A stretch of DNA of 60,019 nt from Candidatus Aminicenantia bacterium (GTDB taxonomy: Bacteria; Acidobacteriota; Aminicenantia; UBA2199), in the NCBI GenBank assembly GCA_041738575.1, contig JBGSPO010000181.1, forward strand, positions 1 to 60,019. The letters run 5' to 3'. Shown piece after piece: positions 1-11,557 of the stretch (within the stretch, counting starts at the first letter, position 1; each line of letters starts with the position of its first letter). The notes under the pieces are model-generated. The model had not been told where the DNA came from, searched no databases, and saw only the letters and a program-made list of their open reading frames with translations. The translations under genes were made by a program, and so were the position numbers.

Positions 1-47
1 CGGCGACGCCGGCAGCCGACCCGGGTCCGCTCCTGAAAAAGCTGATC

Positions 48-1826
48 GTGGACTCTCGGACAGCCAGCCGCCGTGGCTCCATTGTCCCCTACTCCAGATT
101 TTTTCATGAAGAGTATTCCCAGTTCAGCATCATCGGCAGCGGCTCCATCGGCGGCAAGGCCCGCGGCTTGGCCTTCATGGACCGCATCCTGGCCGGGTAT
201 TTTGATCCCGCCAAGTACCCGGGAGTGACGGTCGCCATCCCGCGTACCCTGGTGCTGGGCACCGATGTCTTCGACGACTTCATGCGCGAGAACGACCTGC
301 TGCCCCAGGCCGTCGGCAGTCACTCCGACAGCCACATGGCCAACCTGTTCATCAAGGCCAGCCTGCCGGGCAAGATCGTCGGCGACCTGCGCGATTTCAT
401 CCGCAACGTCAAGGTGCCCCTGGCCGTCCGCTCCTCGAGCCTGTTGGAGGATTCCCTTTACCAGCCGTTCGCCGGCATCTATGCCACCAAGATGCTGCCC
501 AACGACCAGGTCAGTGACGACATCCGTTTCCTCAACCTGGTCAACGCCATCAAGTTCGTCTATGCCTCGACCTTCTTCCGCCAGGCCAAGTCCTACATCG
601 GCAGTACGCCCCATCGCGTCGAGGATGAAAAAATGGCCGTGGTCATCCAGCCGGTGGTGGGCCATGCGCACGCGGAGTGCTTCTATCCTGATTTTTCCGG
701 AGTGGCCCGCTCCTACAATTATTACCCGGTCGGACAGGCCAAACCCGAGGACGGCGTGGTCAATGTCGCCCTGGGCCTGGGCAAGACCATCGTTGACGGC
801 GGGGTGTCGCTGCGCTTCACCCCCGCCTTCGCGGGCATCCTGCCGCAGTTCACCTCGATCAAGGAGATGTTCCAGTTCTCCCAGCGCGATTTTTTTGCCG
901 TGGCCATGCGCCGCCAGGACTCGGTCGCCTTCCTGGAGGAGGACCAGTACCTGGTCAAGCATGGGCTGGAAAAGGCGGAAAAGGACGGAGTGCTGGAATA
1001 CCTGGCCTCCACTTATTCGCGGGAGAACGATGCCGTCTATGACGGGGTGAGCCTCGACGGGCCGCGCATCATCAACTTCGCTCACATCCTGAAGAGCGGC
1101 GTGTTCCCCCTGGCCGGCATCGTCAGCGACCTGCTGCAACTGAGCCGCGAGGCGATGAACTGCGCGGTCGAAGCCGAATTTGCGGTGACGCTTGACAGCC
1201 AGAATGTTTTTCCCGCCCGCTTCAGCCTGTTGCAGGTCCGCCCACTGGTGGTGCAGGACGAGCTGGTCAAAGTGGAGCTGGACGAAGGCCTGCGTCGATC
1301 CGCCTTTTGCTACAGCGACCGGGTGCTGGGCAATGGCGTCAACCGGGACGTGCGCGACGTCGTTTTCGTCAAGCCGTCGTCATTCGACGCCGGCCGCAGC
1401 CCGCAGATCGCCGGCGAGGTCGACCAGCTCAACGCGCGGCTGTGCGCCGCGGACACCCCCTACGTGCTCATCGGCCCGGGGCGTTGGGGCAGCACTGATC
1501 CCTGGCTGGGCATCCCGGTCAAGTGGAGCCAGATCAGCGGCGTCAAGGTGGTGATCGAGGCTTGCCAGCCCAACATGAACGTCGATCCCTCGCAAGGATC
1601 GCATTTTTTCCAGAACATGACCTCGCTGCGCATCGGTTACTTCACGGTGCCCATGGATCCCGCCCACGGCTTCATTGATTGGCCCTGGCTGGAGTCCCTG
1701 GCCGCAGCCGCCGAGACCGAGCATTTGCGCCATGTGCGCCTGGCCGAGCCGCTGACGGTGATGATCGACGGCCGCAAGAGCCAGGGGATCATTTTAAAAC
1801 CCGGTGCCGCCGCGGTCGACGGGTAA
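48..1826 (+). CDS. PEP/pyruvate-binding (PPDK N-terminal ATP-grasp type) domain protein without a phosphohistidine swivel domain
   Basis: 592-aa ORF with motifs SIGGKARGLAFM, PLAVRSSSLLEDS and FAGIYATK, typical of the nucleotide-binding domain of pyruvate phosphate dikinase/PEP synthase. No GGxTSH phosphohistidine motif. The C-terminal LIGPGRWGS...SQGSHFFQN module is shared with the 2707-5889 protein. GTG at 48 is the first start, but the frame is open back to base 3, so the true 5' end may lie outside the window. Confidence 0.8.
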   Translation: MDSRTASRRGSIVPYSRFFHEEYSQFSIIGSGSIGGKARGLAFMDRILAGYFDPAKYPGVTVAIPRTLVLGTDVFDDFMRENDLLPQAVGSHSDSHMANLFIKASLPGKIVGDLRDFIRNVKVPLAVRSSSLLEDSLYQPFAGIYATKMLPNDQVSDDIRFLNLVNAIKFVYASTFFRQAKSYIGSTPHRVEDEKMAVVIQPVVGHAHAECFYPDFSGVARSYNYYPVGQAKPEDGVVNVALGLGKTIVDGGVSLRFTPAFAGILPQFTSIKEMFQFSQRDFFAVAMRRQDSVAFLEEDQYLVKHGLEKAEKDGVLEYLASTYSRENDAVYDGVSLDGPRIINFAHILKSGVFPLAGIVSDLLQLSREAMNCAVEAEFAVTLDSQNVFPARFSLLQVRPLVVQDELVKVELDEGLRRSAFCYSDRVLGNGVNRDVRDVVFVKPSSFDAGRSPQIAGEVDQLNARLCAADTPYVLIGPGRWGSTDPWLGIPVKWSQISGVKVVIEACQPNMNVDPSQGSHFFQNMTSLRIGYFTVPMDPAHGFIDWPWLESLAAAAETEHLRHVRLAEPLTVMIDGRKSQGIILKPGAAAVDG

Positions 1827-1827
1827 A

Positions 1828-2697
1828 ATGGCCGGAACGCCGGGCGGCAGCGCCCAGCCCCGCGGGGGATCCTTCCTGTTCGCCAGCGACCTGCATGGAC
1901 ATGAAGACCGATACCACAAGCTCTTTTCGCTCATGCGCCGGGAGCGGCCCCAGGCCGTCTTCCTGGGCGGAGACCTTCTGCCCCCCGGCGCTTCCGGCTT
2001 CATGGAAGGATTCCTGCTGCCGCGGCTGCGCCAGCTGCGCCGGGAACTGGGCGTGGCTTATCCGCCGCTTTTCCTGATCCTGGGCAATGACGACCCGCGC
2101 AGCGCGGAGGGCGAGTGGCTCCGCCTTGAGCAAGAGAGGCTCTGGCACTACAGCCATTTCCGCAAGCTATCTCTTGGACCTTATGCGGTCTACGGCTATG
2201 CCTGCGTGCCGCCCACGCCGTTCGCCTTGAAAGATTGGGAACGCTACGATGTTTCGCGCTTCGTGGACCCGGGTTGCGTCCCCCCCGAGGATGGACGGTT
2301 CAGCATTGAAATCGCCGAGGAAGAAAAAGGGTTCCCCACCATCCGCGAAGACCTGGCAGCGCTGGCCAACGATGACCCCCTGGAGCGGGCTATTTTTCTT
2401 TTCCATTCCCCGCCCTACCAGACGCTGCTGGACCGGGCGGCGCTCGACGGCCGCCAGGTTGACGGCGCCCCCCTGGACGTGCACGTGGGCAGCATCGCCA
2501 TCCGGCGTTTCATCGAGGAGCGGCAGCCGCTCATCACCCTGCACGGCCATGTGCACGAGTCGGCGCGCCTGACCGCGTCCTGGCGGGAAACGATCGGCAG
2601 GACCCATTGCCTCTCCGCCGCCCATGACGGCCCGGAGCTGGCCGTGGTCACCTTCGATCCACTGGACCCGGGCAGCGCGATCCGCCGCTTGCTCTGA
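1828..2697 (+). CDS. calcineurin-like metallophosphoesterase
   Basis: Motifs FASDLHGH, LGGDLL, ILGNDD, FHSPP and LHGHVHES match the metallophosphoesterase signature. ATG at 1828 lies 2 nt after the upstream stop; an alternative GTG at 1804 would overlap the upstream gene. Confidence 0.8.
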   Translation: MAGTPGGSAQPRGGSFLFASDLHGHEDRYHKLFSLMRRERPQAVFLGGDLLPPGASGFMEGFLLPRLRQLRRELGVAYPPLFLILGNDDPRSAEGEWLRLEQERLWHYSHFRKLSLGPYAVYGYACVPPTPFALKDWERYDVSRFVDPGCVPPEDGRFSIEIAEEEKGFPTIREDLAALANDDPLERAIFLFHSPPYQTLLDRAALDGRQVDGAPLDVHVGSIAIRRFIEERQPLITLHGHVHESARLTASWRETIGRTHCLSAAHDGPELAVVTFDPLDPGSAIRRLL

Positions 2698-2706
2698 AGC
2701 GGCAGG

Positions 2707-5700
2707 CTACTGGTTTTTCAGGGGCAGCAACCGGGCGGCGTCAGTGACGGCGCCTATTTTCACCGCGTAGCTGGTCTTCTTTTCTATGTCCTCGTCAGTG
2801 AGCAGGTGGTAGTCGATCAGGCCGCTGGACTGGTAGCCGGTGCGCGAGAAGTTGATCTCGGCCAGGCACAGGCTCCAGCCTTCCAGCCACAGCCCCAGCT
2901 CCTGCTTTTGCGCCGCGCTGCCCTGGAAGTGCAGCAGCAGGTCGATGTCGCTGCCCGGGCCGGCGGTGGCGTTCTTGGTGGAGCCGAACACGTACACGGC
3001 CTTGACCCCGAAACGGGCGCCGTCGAGCTGGTTGGCGATGCGCTCGGCCATGCGCAGCCGCCAGTGCCAGTGGTCTTCGCTGGCGGTCTCGGAGGGCTCC
3101 CGGGTTTCCTCCGTGGCGGCACTGGCGGATACCGGCGTGGCGATGAAGCCCAGGGCCTCGCCCAGGTCGGCATTCATCAGCACGCGCAGGACCTTGCCGC
3201 TGGTGGCTTGCGGGACGTCGATGACATGGATGGTGTCGGCCAGCGCGGCCGACTCGGGCAGGATGTCGGGCAGATAATTTTGCGAGGTGAGCAGGAACTT
3301 TTCGTTGAACTCAATGCCCGGGTCGTCGGGATAGAGCGGCAGGTAGCGTATTGCTGATTCGACCAGGTCCTGGAAGAAATGGGTGCCGAAGGATAATTCC
3401 GGGACATAATTGCCTTTCTTGCGCGCGATCTCGATCAGGGCGGCGGTGTTGTTGAAGTCGGAGTAGGTGACCGGCACACCGAGCTTGATGTCGCCGCGGC
3501 TGCCCCAGCGGCCCGGGCCCATCAGGATGAACTGGCGCTTGGGCAGCAGGCTGTTCAGCTTGCCAACCACCCTGCCGACCTCCAGCATCTCTTCGCTGTT
3601 TTCCAGCTGGCTGTACTTTTCGGGATCGACATAGACGACATGGGTAATGTCCGGAATCTTGCCGTTGGAAATGTAGCGATTGGCCGTGAAAATGACGCGG
3701 TCGGGGGCGATGTCCTTGGGAATGGGGCTGGACACGTTGCCGGCGGTGGAGGCCTGCGGCCGGCACTGCAGCAGGTAGAGGTTCTTGCCGTCCGAGGCGA
3801 ACTCGATGTCCACCGGGGTGTCCATCTTCTCCTGCAGGGTCTTGAGGATTGTCTGCAACTGCTTGATGAAGGGGGTGCGGGTGATCAGACCCTCGAAGGT
3901 GACGAACAGGTTGCGCTTGCTGAAGTCGAGGTTGAGGGCCGAGGGGGAGTAGATGTGGTCGTCCTCGTAGACCGAAATAATCTTCTCGATGCCCGGGTAT
4001 TCGTGGCCGCTCTCGGCCAGCAGGGCGGGGATCTCCTTGGTCTCGAAAGTGCAGGTCTTCAGATTGATGACGTCGATGCGCTTGGGCGAGTAGCGCATGG
4101 TCTCCTCGGCGGTGACGTTGACGCGCAGGTTGGGGATGCCCGGGGAAATCAGCACCGGGTAGTCGTCGCTGACGCGGTCCACGGCGCGCGTGCCCAGGCC
4201 GGGAACAAGGCGCGACAGGCCGTCCTCGCGCTTGATGCGCGACGACCAGCGGAACTCGTTGTTGCTGAAGGCGACGCCGGCGAAGGCAGGGAAGAAATAG
4301 TCGCCCACTTTATTGCCGACCACTTCCTGGATCATGATGCCCATCTCCTCGTGGAAGTCGAGCAGGCCGCGCTCGGCGCGGTACTCGATGGGATCGGGGC
4401 CGAAGATGGAGGCATAGACCTCGGCGATGGCGTCGGTGAGCGCTTCCAGTTTCTCCTGCTTGGTCCCCTGGTTGGCGAGGAACAGGCTCTTGTATTTCCC
4501 GGAAAACGCCGTGCCCATGCGGTCCTCGAGGAGGCTGGAACTGCGCACGATCAGCGGCTTGTCGCCCAGGTCGTCGAGGGCCATGGAGAGGCCCTTGACG
4601 ATCTCGATGGGAAAGTGCGAGTTCTTCAGCAGCTGGACGACGTTCTGGTACTCCAGGCGGATCTGGTCGATCTCCTTGTACTTCTGCTCGTTCACCTCTT
4701 CCAGGTTGTTGTAGCTGAGGAAGCTCATGATGGCGTCGGTGGTGATGTACCAGGTCTTGGGGTATTTCAGGTCGCCCAGGGCCGCGGAGTGCTCGCCGGG
4801 CTTGGAAAGGATCCTCTGGGCCAGGAAGAGGCCCGCGCTCTTGCCCCCCAGGCGGCCGTAGCCGCTGGCCGGGTAGATGATGCGCTGCACCAGGTCGTAG
4901 AAGTGGCGTACCTCGATGTGATTTTTGGCGATGTTGATGAATTCGAGGTCGTCGGAGAAAAAGCGGCGGATTAGCGAGACGCGCAGGCCCTTCTCCATGG
5001 GCGGGGAAAGCTCGTAGTTCCCGCCGGAAATGTAGTGGTAGTGGGTGATGGCGTTGATGATCTCCACCAGCGGCTGGTCGATGTTGTTGATGGCACGGCT
5101 GAGGAAGCCGGCCTTGTCCTCTTGGATCCACTTCTGGATGCGGCCCAGGATCTCCTTGTCGGTCAGGTAGCGGGCGGCGATGTGAAAGGTCTCGTCGCTG
5201 AGGGCGAGCAGCTCGTGCTGCGAGCGCCTCTGGCTGGGGCGGTTCATGTCGTCGCTGATTTCGCTCTGGGCCTCGTTGCGGTCCTTGCTCAGCGTTTTGA
5301 GCAGTTCCTTGGCCTCCATGACGCCGTTCCAGAAAAGGTGGTAGACCATCTTGCGGCCCAGGTGGATGTAGAGGTTCTGGTCGGTTCGCCGCAGCAGGTC
5401 GATCACCACCATCCATTCTTTCTTGTTCTTTTCGCTGAGGTCCTTCTGGGCCGTCTCCCATTCCCGCGACACCTGCTCCAGTTTCAGGTGCAGGATGGTG
5501 CGGCCGATGCGCTCGGCCACGGTTTGGAGCAGCTTGTGCTCGTCCTTGAGGAAGTAGCTGTTCTCGGTCTGGGGCACGTCGCTGGTGTATGAGACTTCAA
5601 TGCGGCCGACGACCTTGTCATCGACCTTGATATCCGCGCTCTGGAAGCGGGAGGAAGCGATATAGCCGGGACTGATATAGGTTTGGTTGTCGTATTCGAT

Positions 5701-5889
5701 CCTGACCTGGCAGATTTCGGGGAACTGGTAGCCGCTGGGAATGGTGTGGATGAGCTGGGTGAAGATCTCGGCGAGGGGCAGGTGGGTTTTGGTCAGCAGC
5801 TCCTCGACCTGGTAGAGGCAGTTGAGCTCCTTGGCCCGCTCGCGCATGTCGTGGAGCAGCTTGTCAATCGAATTTTGCGGCTTGTCCAT
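2707..5889 (-). CDS. multidomain protein: N-terminal KELxCLY sensor-like module, PPDK-type ATP-grasp domain and C-terminal Pol-beta-type nucleotidyltransferase domain
   Basis: About 1060 aa. N-terminus RERAKELNCLYQVEELL...PSGYQFPE. ATP-grasp motifs GGKSAGLFLA and PLIVRSSSLLEDRMGTAFSGKYKS. GPGRWGS...FGTHFFQD module. C-terminal VYVFGSTKNATAGPGSDIDLLLHF (GS...DxD). ATG at 5889 is preceded by GGGGGTG; a GTG at 5895 is an alternative start. Confidence 0.8.
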   Translation of the reverse strand: MDKPQNSIDKLLHDMRERAKELNCLYQVEELLTKTHLPLAEIFTQLIHTIPSGYQFPEICQVRIEYDNQTYISPGYIASSRFQSADIKVDDKVVGRIEVSYTSDVPQTENSYFLKDEHKLLQTVAERIGRTILHLKLEQVSREWETAQKDLSEKNKKEWMVVIDLLRRTDQNLYIHLGRKMVYHLFWNGVMEAKELLKTLSKDRNEAQSEISDDMNRPSQRRSQHELLALSDETFHIAARYLTDKEILGRIQKWIQEDKAGFLSRAINNIDQPLVEIINAITHYHYISGGNYELSPPMEKGLRVSLIRRFFSDDLEFINIAKNHIEVRHFYDLVQRIIYPASGYGRLGGKSAGLFLAQRILSKPGEHSAALGDLKYPKTWYITTDAIMSFLSYNNLEEVNEQKYKEIDQIRLEYQNVVQLLKNSHFPIEIVKGLSMALDDLGDKPLIVRSSSLLEDRMGTAFSGKYKSLFLANQGTKQEKLEALTDAIAEVYASIFGPDPIEYRAERGLLDFHEEMGIMIQEVVGNKVGDYFFPAFAGVAFSNNEFRWSSRIKREDGLSRLVPGLGTRAVDRVSDDYPVLISPGIPNLRVNVTAEETMRYSPKRIDVINLKTCTFETKEIPALLAESGHEYPGIEKIISVYEDDHIYSPSALNLDFSKRNLFVTFEGLITRTPFIKQLQTILKTLQEKMDTPVDIEFASDGKNLYLLQCRPQASTAGNVSSPIPKDIAPDRVIFTANRYISNGKIPDITHVVYVDPEKYSQLENSEEMLEVGRVVGKLNSLLPKRQFILMGPGRWGSRGDIKLGVPVTYSDFNNTAALIEIARKKGNYVPELSFGTHFFQDLVESAIRYLPLYPDDPGIEFNEKFLLTSQNYLPDILPESAALADTIHVIDVPQATSGKVLRVLMNADLGEALGFIATPVSASAATEETREPSETASEDHWHWRLRMAERIANQLDGARFGVKAVYVFGSTKNATAGPGSDIDLLLHFQGSAAQKQELGLWLEGWSLCLAEINFSRTGYQSSGLIDYHLLTDEDIEKKTSYAVKIGAVTDAARLLPLKNQ

Positions 5890-5907
5890 TGTCACCCCCT
5901 GTCCCCC

Positions 5908-5939
5908 AAATAAAAAAGGGGGCGCCGCAGGGCGCCCCC
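5908..5939 (-). terminator. rho-independent terminator downstream of gdhA
   Basis: Perfect 9-bp GC stem (5918-5926 gggggcgcc, 5931-5939 ggcgccccc) with a 4-nt loop, followed on the minus strand by TTTTTTATTT. It starts 17 nt after the gdhA stop. Confidence 0.8.
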
Positions 5940-5956
5940 TCGGTGTGGTTCAGCGA

Positions 5957-7243
5957 TTAAACCCAGCCTCTCAGCTTGCAAGCCTCGGCGACGCGGTTCA
6001 CGGCGATCATGTAGGCGGCGTCGCGCATGTACACTTTTTTCTGCTTGGCAAGGCCGTAGACGGCATGGAAAGCCGAGGTCATGATGTTGTCGAGCTTGCT
6101 CAGGACCTCTTCCTTGGTCCAGAAATAGTTCATGTTGCACTGGACCTGTTCAAAGTAGCTGCAGGTGACCCCGCCGGCGTTTGCCAGGAAGTCGGGGATG
6201 ACGAAGATGTTCTTTTTCTTAAACACTTCGTCGGCTTCGGGGGTGGTCGGGCCGTTGGCGCCCTCGGCGACCACCTTCACCTTGGCGGAGATCTTCTTTA
6301 CGGTCTCGGCGTTGATCTGGTTCTCCAGGGCGGCGGGCACCAGGATGTCGACCTCCTGCTGGATCCAGGCCTCGGCGTCGGCCACTTCGTAGCCCAGTTC
6401 CTTGGCCTTGGCCTTGTCGATGCCGCCGAACTTGTCGGTGATGCCCAGCAGCTGCTCGAGGTCGATGCCGCTCTTCTTGATGAAGGTATAGGATTTACTT
6501 TCCTTCTGGTCCCAGCAGGAGACGCAGACGGCCGTGCCACCGTATTCCTGGTAGAGCTTGACGGCATACTGCGAGACATTGCCGAAGCCCTGGAAAGCGG
6601 CGCTCGTCTTCTTGATGTCGATGCCCAGTTCGTTCAGGGCCTCGCGCAGGGTGTAAATGACGCCGAAGCCCGTGGCCTCGGTGCGACCCAGCGACCCGCC
6701 CATGCCCACCGGCTTGCCGGTAATGAAGCCGGGGTACTTGCCGCCGGTCAGCTTCTCGTACTCGTCCATGATCCAGATCATATGCTGGGCGTTGGTCATG
6801 ACGTCGGGGGCCGGCACGTCCAGCAGCGGGCCGACCATGCGGGAAATCTGGCGCACCCAGCCGCGGCAGATCTGTTCCTGCTCGCGCATGGAAAGGTTGT
6901 GCGGATCGCAGATGACGCCGCCCTTGCCGCCGCCCAGCGGGATGTCGACCACCGAGCACTTCCAGGTCATCCAGGTGGCCAGGGCCTTCACCGTGTCGAT
7001 GGTTTCCTGGGGGTGGAAGCGGATGCCGCCCTTGCAGGGGCCGCGGGAGTCGTTGTGCTGCACGCGGAAGCCCTGGAAGATCTTGACGGTGCCGTCGTCC
7101 ATCTTGACCGGGATGGAAAAGTGGAACTCGCGGATCGGGTTTCTCAGCAGGTCGCGGGTGGCCTGGTCCAGGTCCAGCTTCTCGGCGACATTGTCGAATT
7201 GGGTTTGCGCCATTTTGAAAGCGTTGAATGATTTATCAGCCAT
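5957..7243 (-). CDS. gdhA: glutamate dehydrogenase (Glu/Leu/Phe/Val dehydrogenase family)
   Basis: 428 aa. Contains GGIRFHPQETIDTVKALATWMTWKCSVVDIPLGGGKGGV (catalytic Lys region) and a Rossmann segment FQGFGNVSQY. Strong RBS AAGGAGG. Confidence 0.93.
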   Translation of the reverse strand: MADKSFNAFKMAQTQFDNVAEKLDLDQATRDLLRNPIREFHFSIPVKMDDGTVKIFQGFRVQHNDSRGPCKGGIRFHPQETIDTVKALATWMTWKCSVVDIPLGGGKGGVICDPHNLSMREQEQICRGWVRQISRMVGPLLDVPAPDVMTNAQHMIWIMDEYEKLTGGKYPGFITGKPVGMGGSLGRTEATGFGVIYTLREALNELGIDIKKTSAAFQGFGNVSQYAVKLYQEYGGTAVCVSCWDQKESKSYTFIKKSGIDLEQLLGITDKFGGIDKAKAKELGYEVADAEAWIQQEVDILVPAALENQINAETVKKISAKVKVVAEGANGPTTPEADEVFKKKNIFVIPDFLANAGGVTCSYFEQVQCNMNYFWTKEEVLSKLDNIMTSAFHAVYGLAKQKKVYMRDAAYMIAVNRVAEACKLRGWV

Positions 7244-7278
7244 TTATGTTACCTCCTTGTGATATTTTGGCTAGCCTT

Positions 7279-7308
7279 ATTTTACCACTTTTCGGTGCTT
7301 TTTGTAAA
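7279..7308 (-). promoter_or_regulatory. sigma70-like promoter for gdhA
   Basis: On the minus strand: TTTACA (7308-7303), an 18-nt spacer, then TAAAAT (7284-7279), about 35 nt upstream of the gdhA ATG in an AT-rich intergenic stretch. Confidence 0.45.
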
Positions 7309-7365
7309 TAGTTTACTTTGTAACAATAAATTTTCCCGCCGCTGTCCTCTGGGCACGCTCCGCTC

Positions 7366-9930
<2,565 letters not shown>

Positions 9931-9981
9931 GTAGCACTCCCTGGGGAATATTATAGTATAAAATCGCTTTTTCCGGATTCT

Positions 9982-10010
9982 TTGACAAATTATTTTTAAC
10001 GTTATATCAT
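9982..10010 (+). promoter_or_regulatory. sigma70-like promoter for the 10036 gene
   Basis: TTGACA (9982-9987), a 17-nt spacer, then TATCAT (10005-10010), 25 nt upstream of the start codon. Confidence 0.5.
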
Positions 10011-10035
10011 GGTCGGCGTTAGCGGAGGAGGAATA

Positions 10036-10596
10036 ATGAAACGACATGGTTGGCTTGCAATGATCCTGGTTCTGATGTTCGCCGCCCCGATCGCAGCCGG
10101 CACGCTGGCGGGTATCACCTTGCCCGACACCATCGATGTCGACGGCCAGCAGCTTATCCTTAACGGCATGGCCCTGCGCAAGAAGGTCATTTTCAAGGTC
10201 TATGTGGCCGGCCTCTACCTGCCGGCCAAGGAACAGAGCGGCGAGAAGATCCTGGCCGCCGACGCCTCGCGCTGTACCGTCATGCACTTTTTGCGCAGCG
10301 TCAAGGCCAATCAGGTCAACGAGGCCTGGTATGAAGGCCTGGAAGCCAACACCCCGGGTTATTCCGCCCAGCTAAAGAAGCAGTTCGATGCATTGGCCGC
10401 GTTGATGGAAGGCTTCAATGAGGGCGACAAGCTGGTCTTTACCTACAAGGCTGGCATCGGCACCGAGGTCAAGGTCAAGGGGGTCATAAAAGCCACCCTG
10501 GGCGACAAGGCTTTCGCCGACGCCCTTTTCGCCTGCTGGATCGGCAAGAAGCCGGGGCCGGGAGAGAAGTTCAAGGCTGGATTGCTGGGCCAGTAG
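10036..10596 (+). CDS. exported chalcone-isomerase-like family protein
   Basis: Signal peptide MKRHGWLAMILVLMFAAPIAAG. The segment GITLPDTIDVDGQQLILNGMALRKKVIFKVYVAGLYLP is typical of bacterial chalcone isomerase-like proteins. GGAGG RBS before the ATG at 10036. Confidence 0.7.
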   Translation: MKRHGWLAMILVLMFAAPIAAGTLAGITLPDTIDVDGQQLILNGMALRKKVIFKVYVAGLYLPAKEQSGEKILAADASRCTVMHFLRSVKANQVNEAWYEGLEANTPGYSAQLKKQFDALAALMEGFNEGDKLVFTYKAGIGTEVKVKGVIKATLGDKAFADALFACWIGKKPGPGEKFKAGLLGQ

Positions 10597-10615
10597 TTCG
10601 GCCCGTTTTGGCTTC

Positions 10616-11557
10616 ATGGCCCTGAAGGAAGAAATCCTGGCCGAGAGCACTCTGTACCAGGGGAAGAAAAAGCCCCCTTTCCGCGCCACGAAGTGGATCT
10701 TCAGGCCGCTGCGGGTGCTGGGCTGCCTGCTCGTCGCCCATTTCCTGAACGTGTACCTGCAATGGACGGTCATCAGCCGCGATCTGGCCGGGAAACCGTC
10801 TTTTGATTCCCCGGAATATACCCTGCTCGGTTTTTCCCCACTCCACAACCAGGAGATCACTGCGGCCCGCCGCCTGCCGAACGCGGCGCCGACGGGTCGG
10901 GTCTTCGCCTTTTTTGATTTTTTCCACCCGGTGGTCTTCATGATCTGGAACAATGGCGGCGACGGGGATTTCTTCGACCTGGGGCCGGTCATGGCCGCCC
11001 TCCCTGTTGGCGCCAGCCGCATCTCCTTTTCCCCGGGCTCGATCTTCGTGCTGCGCCACGGCGAAAAAACCGTGGCCAGGAATTTCGGCGGCTCCATATT
11101 CGGGGCATTCTGGGCCCGTTCATTGAATGAGAATAACAACGGCTCCAACCCGACGGCCGGGCGGCTGCCCGGCTCTTTCATCGTCAAGCCGGCGGCAGGC
11201 TCGGCTTCCCTGAGGATCCCCTACCTGGTCTATTTTTACCTGCCCCTGGCGCTGATTGTCATCCTGATCGCCACCACGGGCCCGGGATTGGCCACGGCTT
11301 TTTTTTACTATGCCGGGATGTTCTTTCTTTTCGACTTCGAAAAGCTGCTGGCCGGTATCCCCCTGGACTGGCTGTTCGGCTCCCTGAGCCTTGAGCTTGC
11401 CGATCCCTGGATCAAGGTGCTGGCCGTGGGGCTGGCGCTGATCTTTCTGGCCGCAGCCGTTTACGGGTTGTTGCGCTGGAAGAGCGCCGAGATGCCGCCC
11501 AGCAGCAAGTGGATCGTCTGGTTCTTTATTCTGCTGCCGTTTTTCCTTTTCTTTTAA
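10616..11557 (+). CDS. hypothetical membrane protein
   Basis: 313-aa ORF with several hydrophobic helices in the C-terminal third (YLVYFYLPLALIVILIA, AFFYYAGMFFLF, VLAVGLALIFLAAAVYGLL, WIVWFFILLPFFLFF). I recognised no family. The antisense ORF looks like R/S/P-rich noise. Confidence 0.45.
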   Translation: MALKEEILAESTLYQGKKKPPFRATKWIFRPLRVLGCLLVAHFLNVYLQWTVISRDLAGKPSFDSPEYTLLGFSPLHNQEITAARRLPNAAPTGRVFAFFDFFHPVVFMIWNNGGDGDFFDLGPVMAALPVGASRISFSPGSIFVLRHGEKTVARNFGGSIFGAFWARSLNENNNGSNPTAGRLPGSFIVKPAAGSASLRIPYLVYFYLPLALIVILIATTGPGLATAFFYYAGMFFLFDFEKLLAGIPLDWLFGSLSLELADPWIKVLAVGLALIFLAAAVYGLLRWKSAEMPPSSKWIVWFFILLPFFLFF

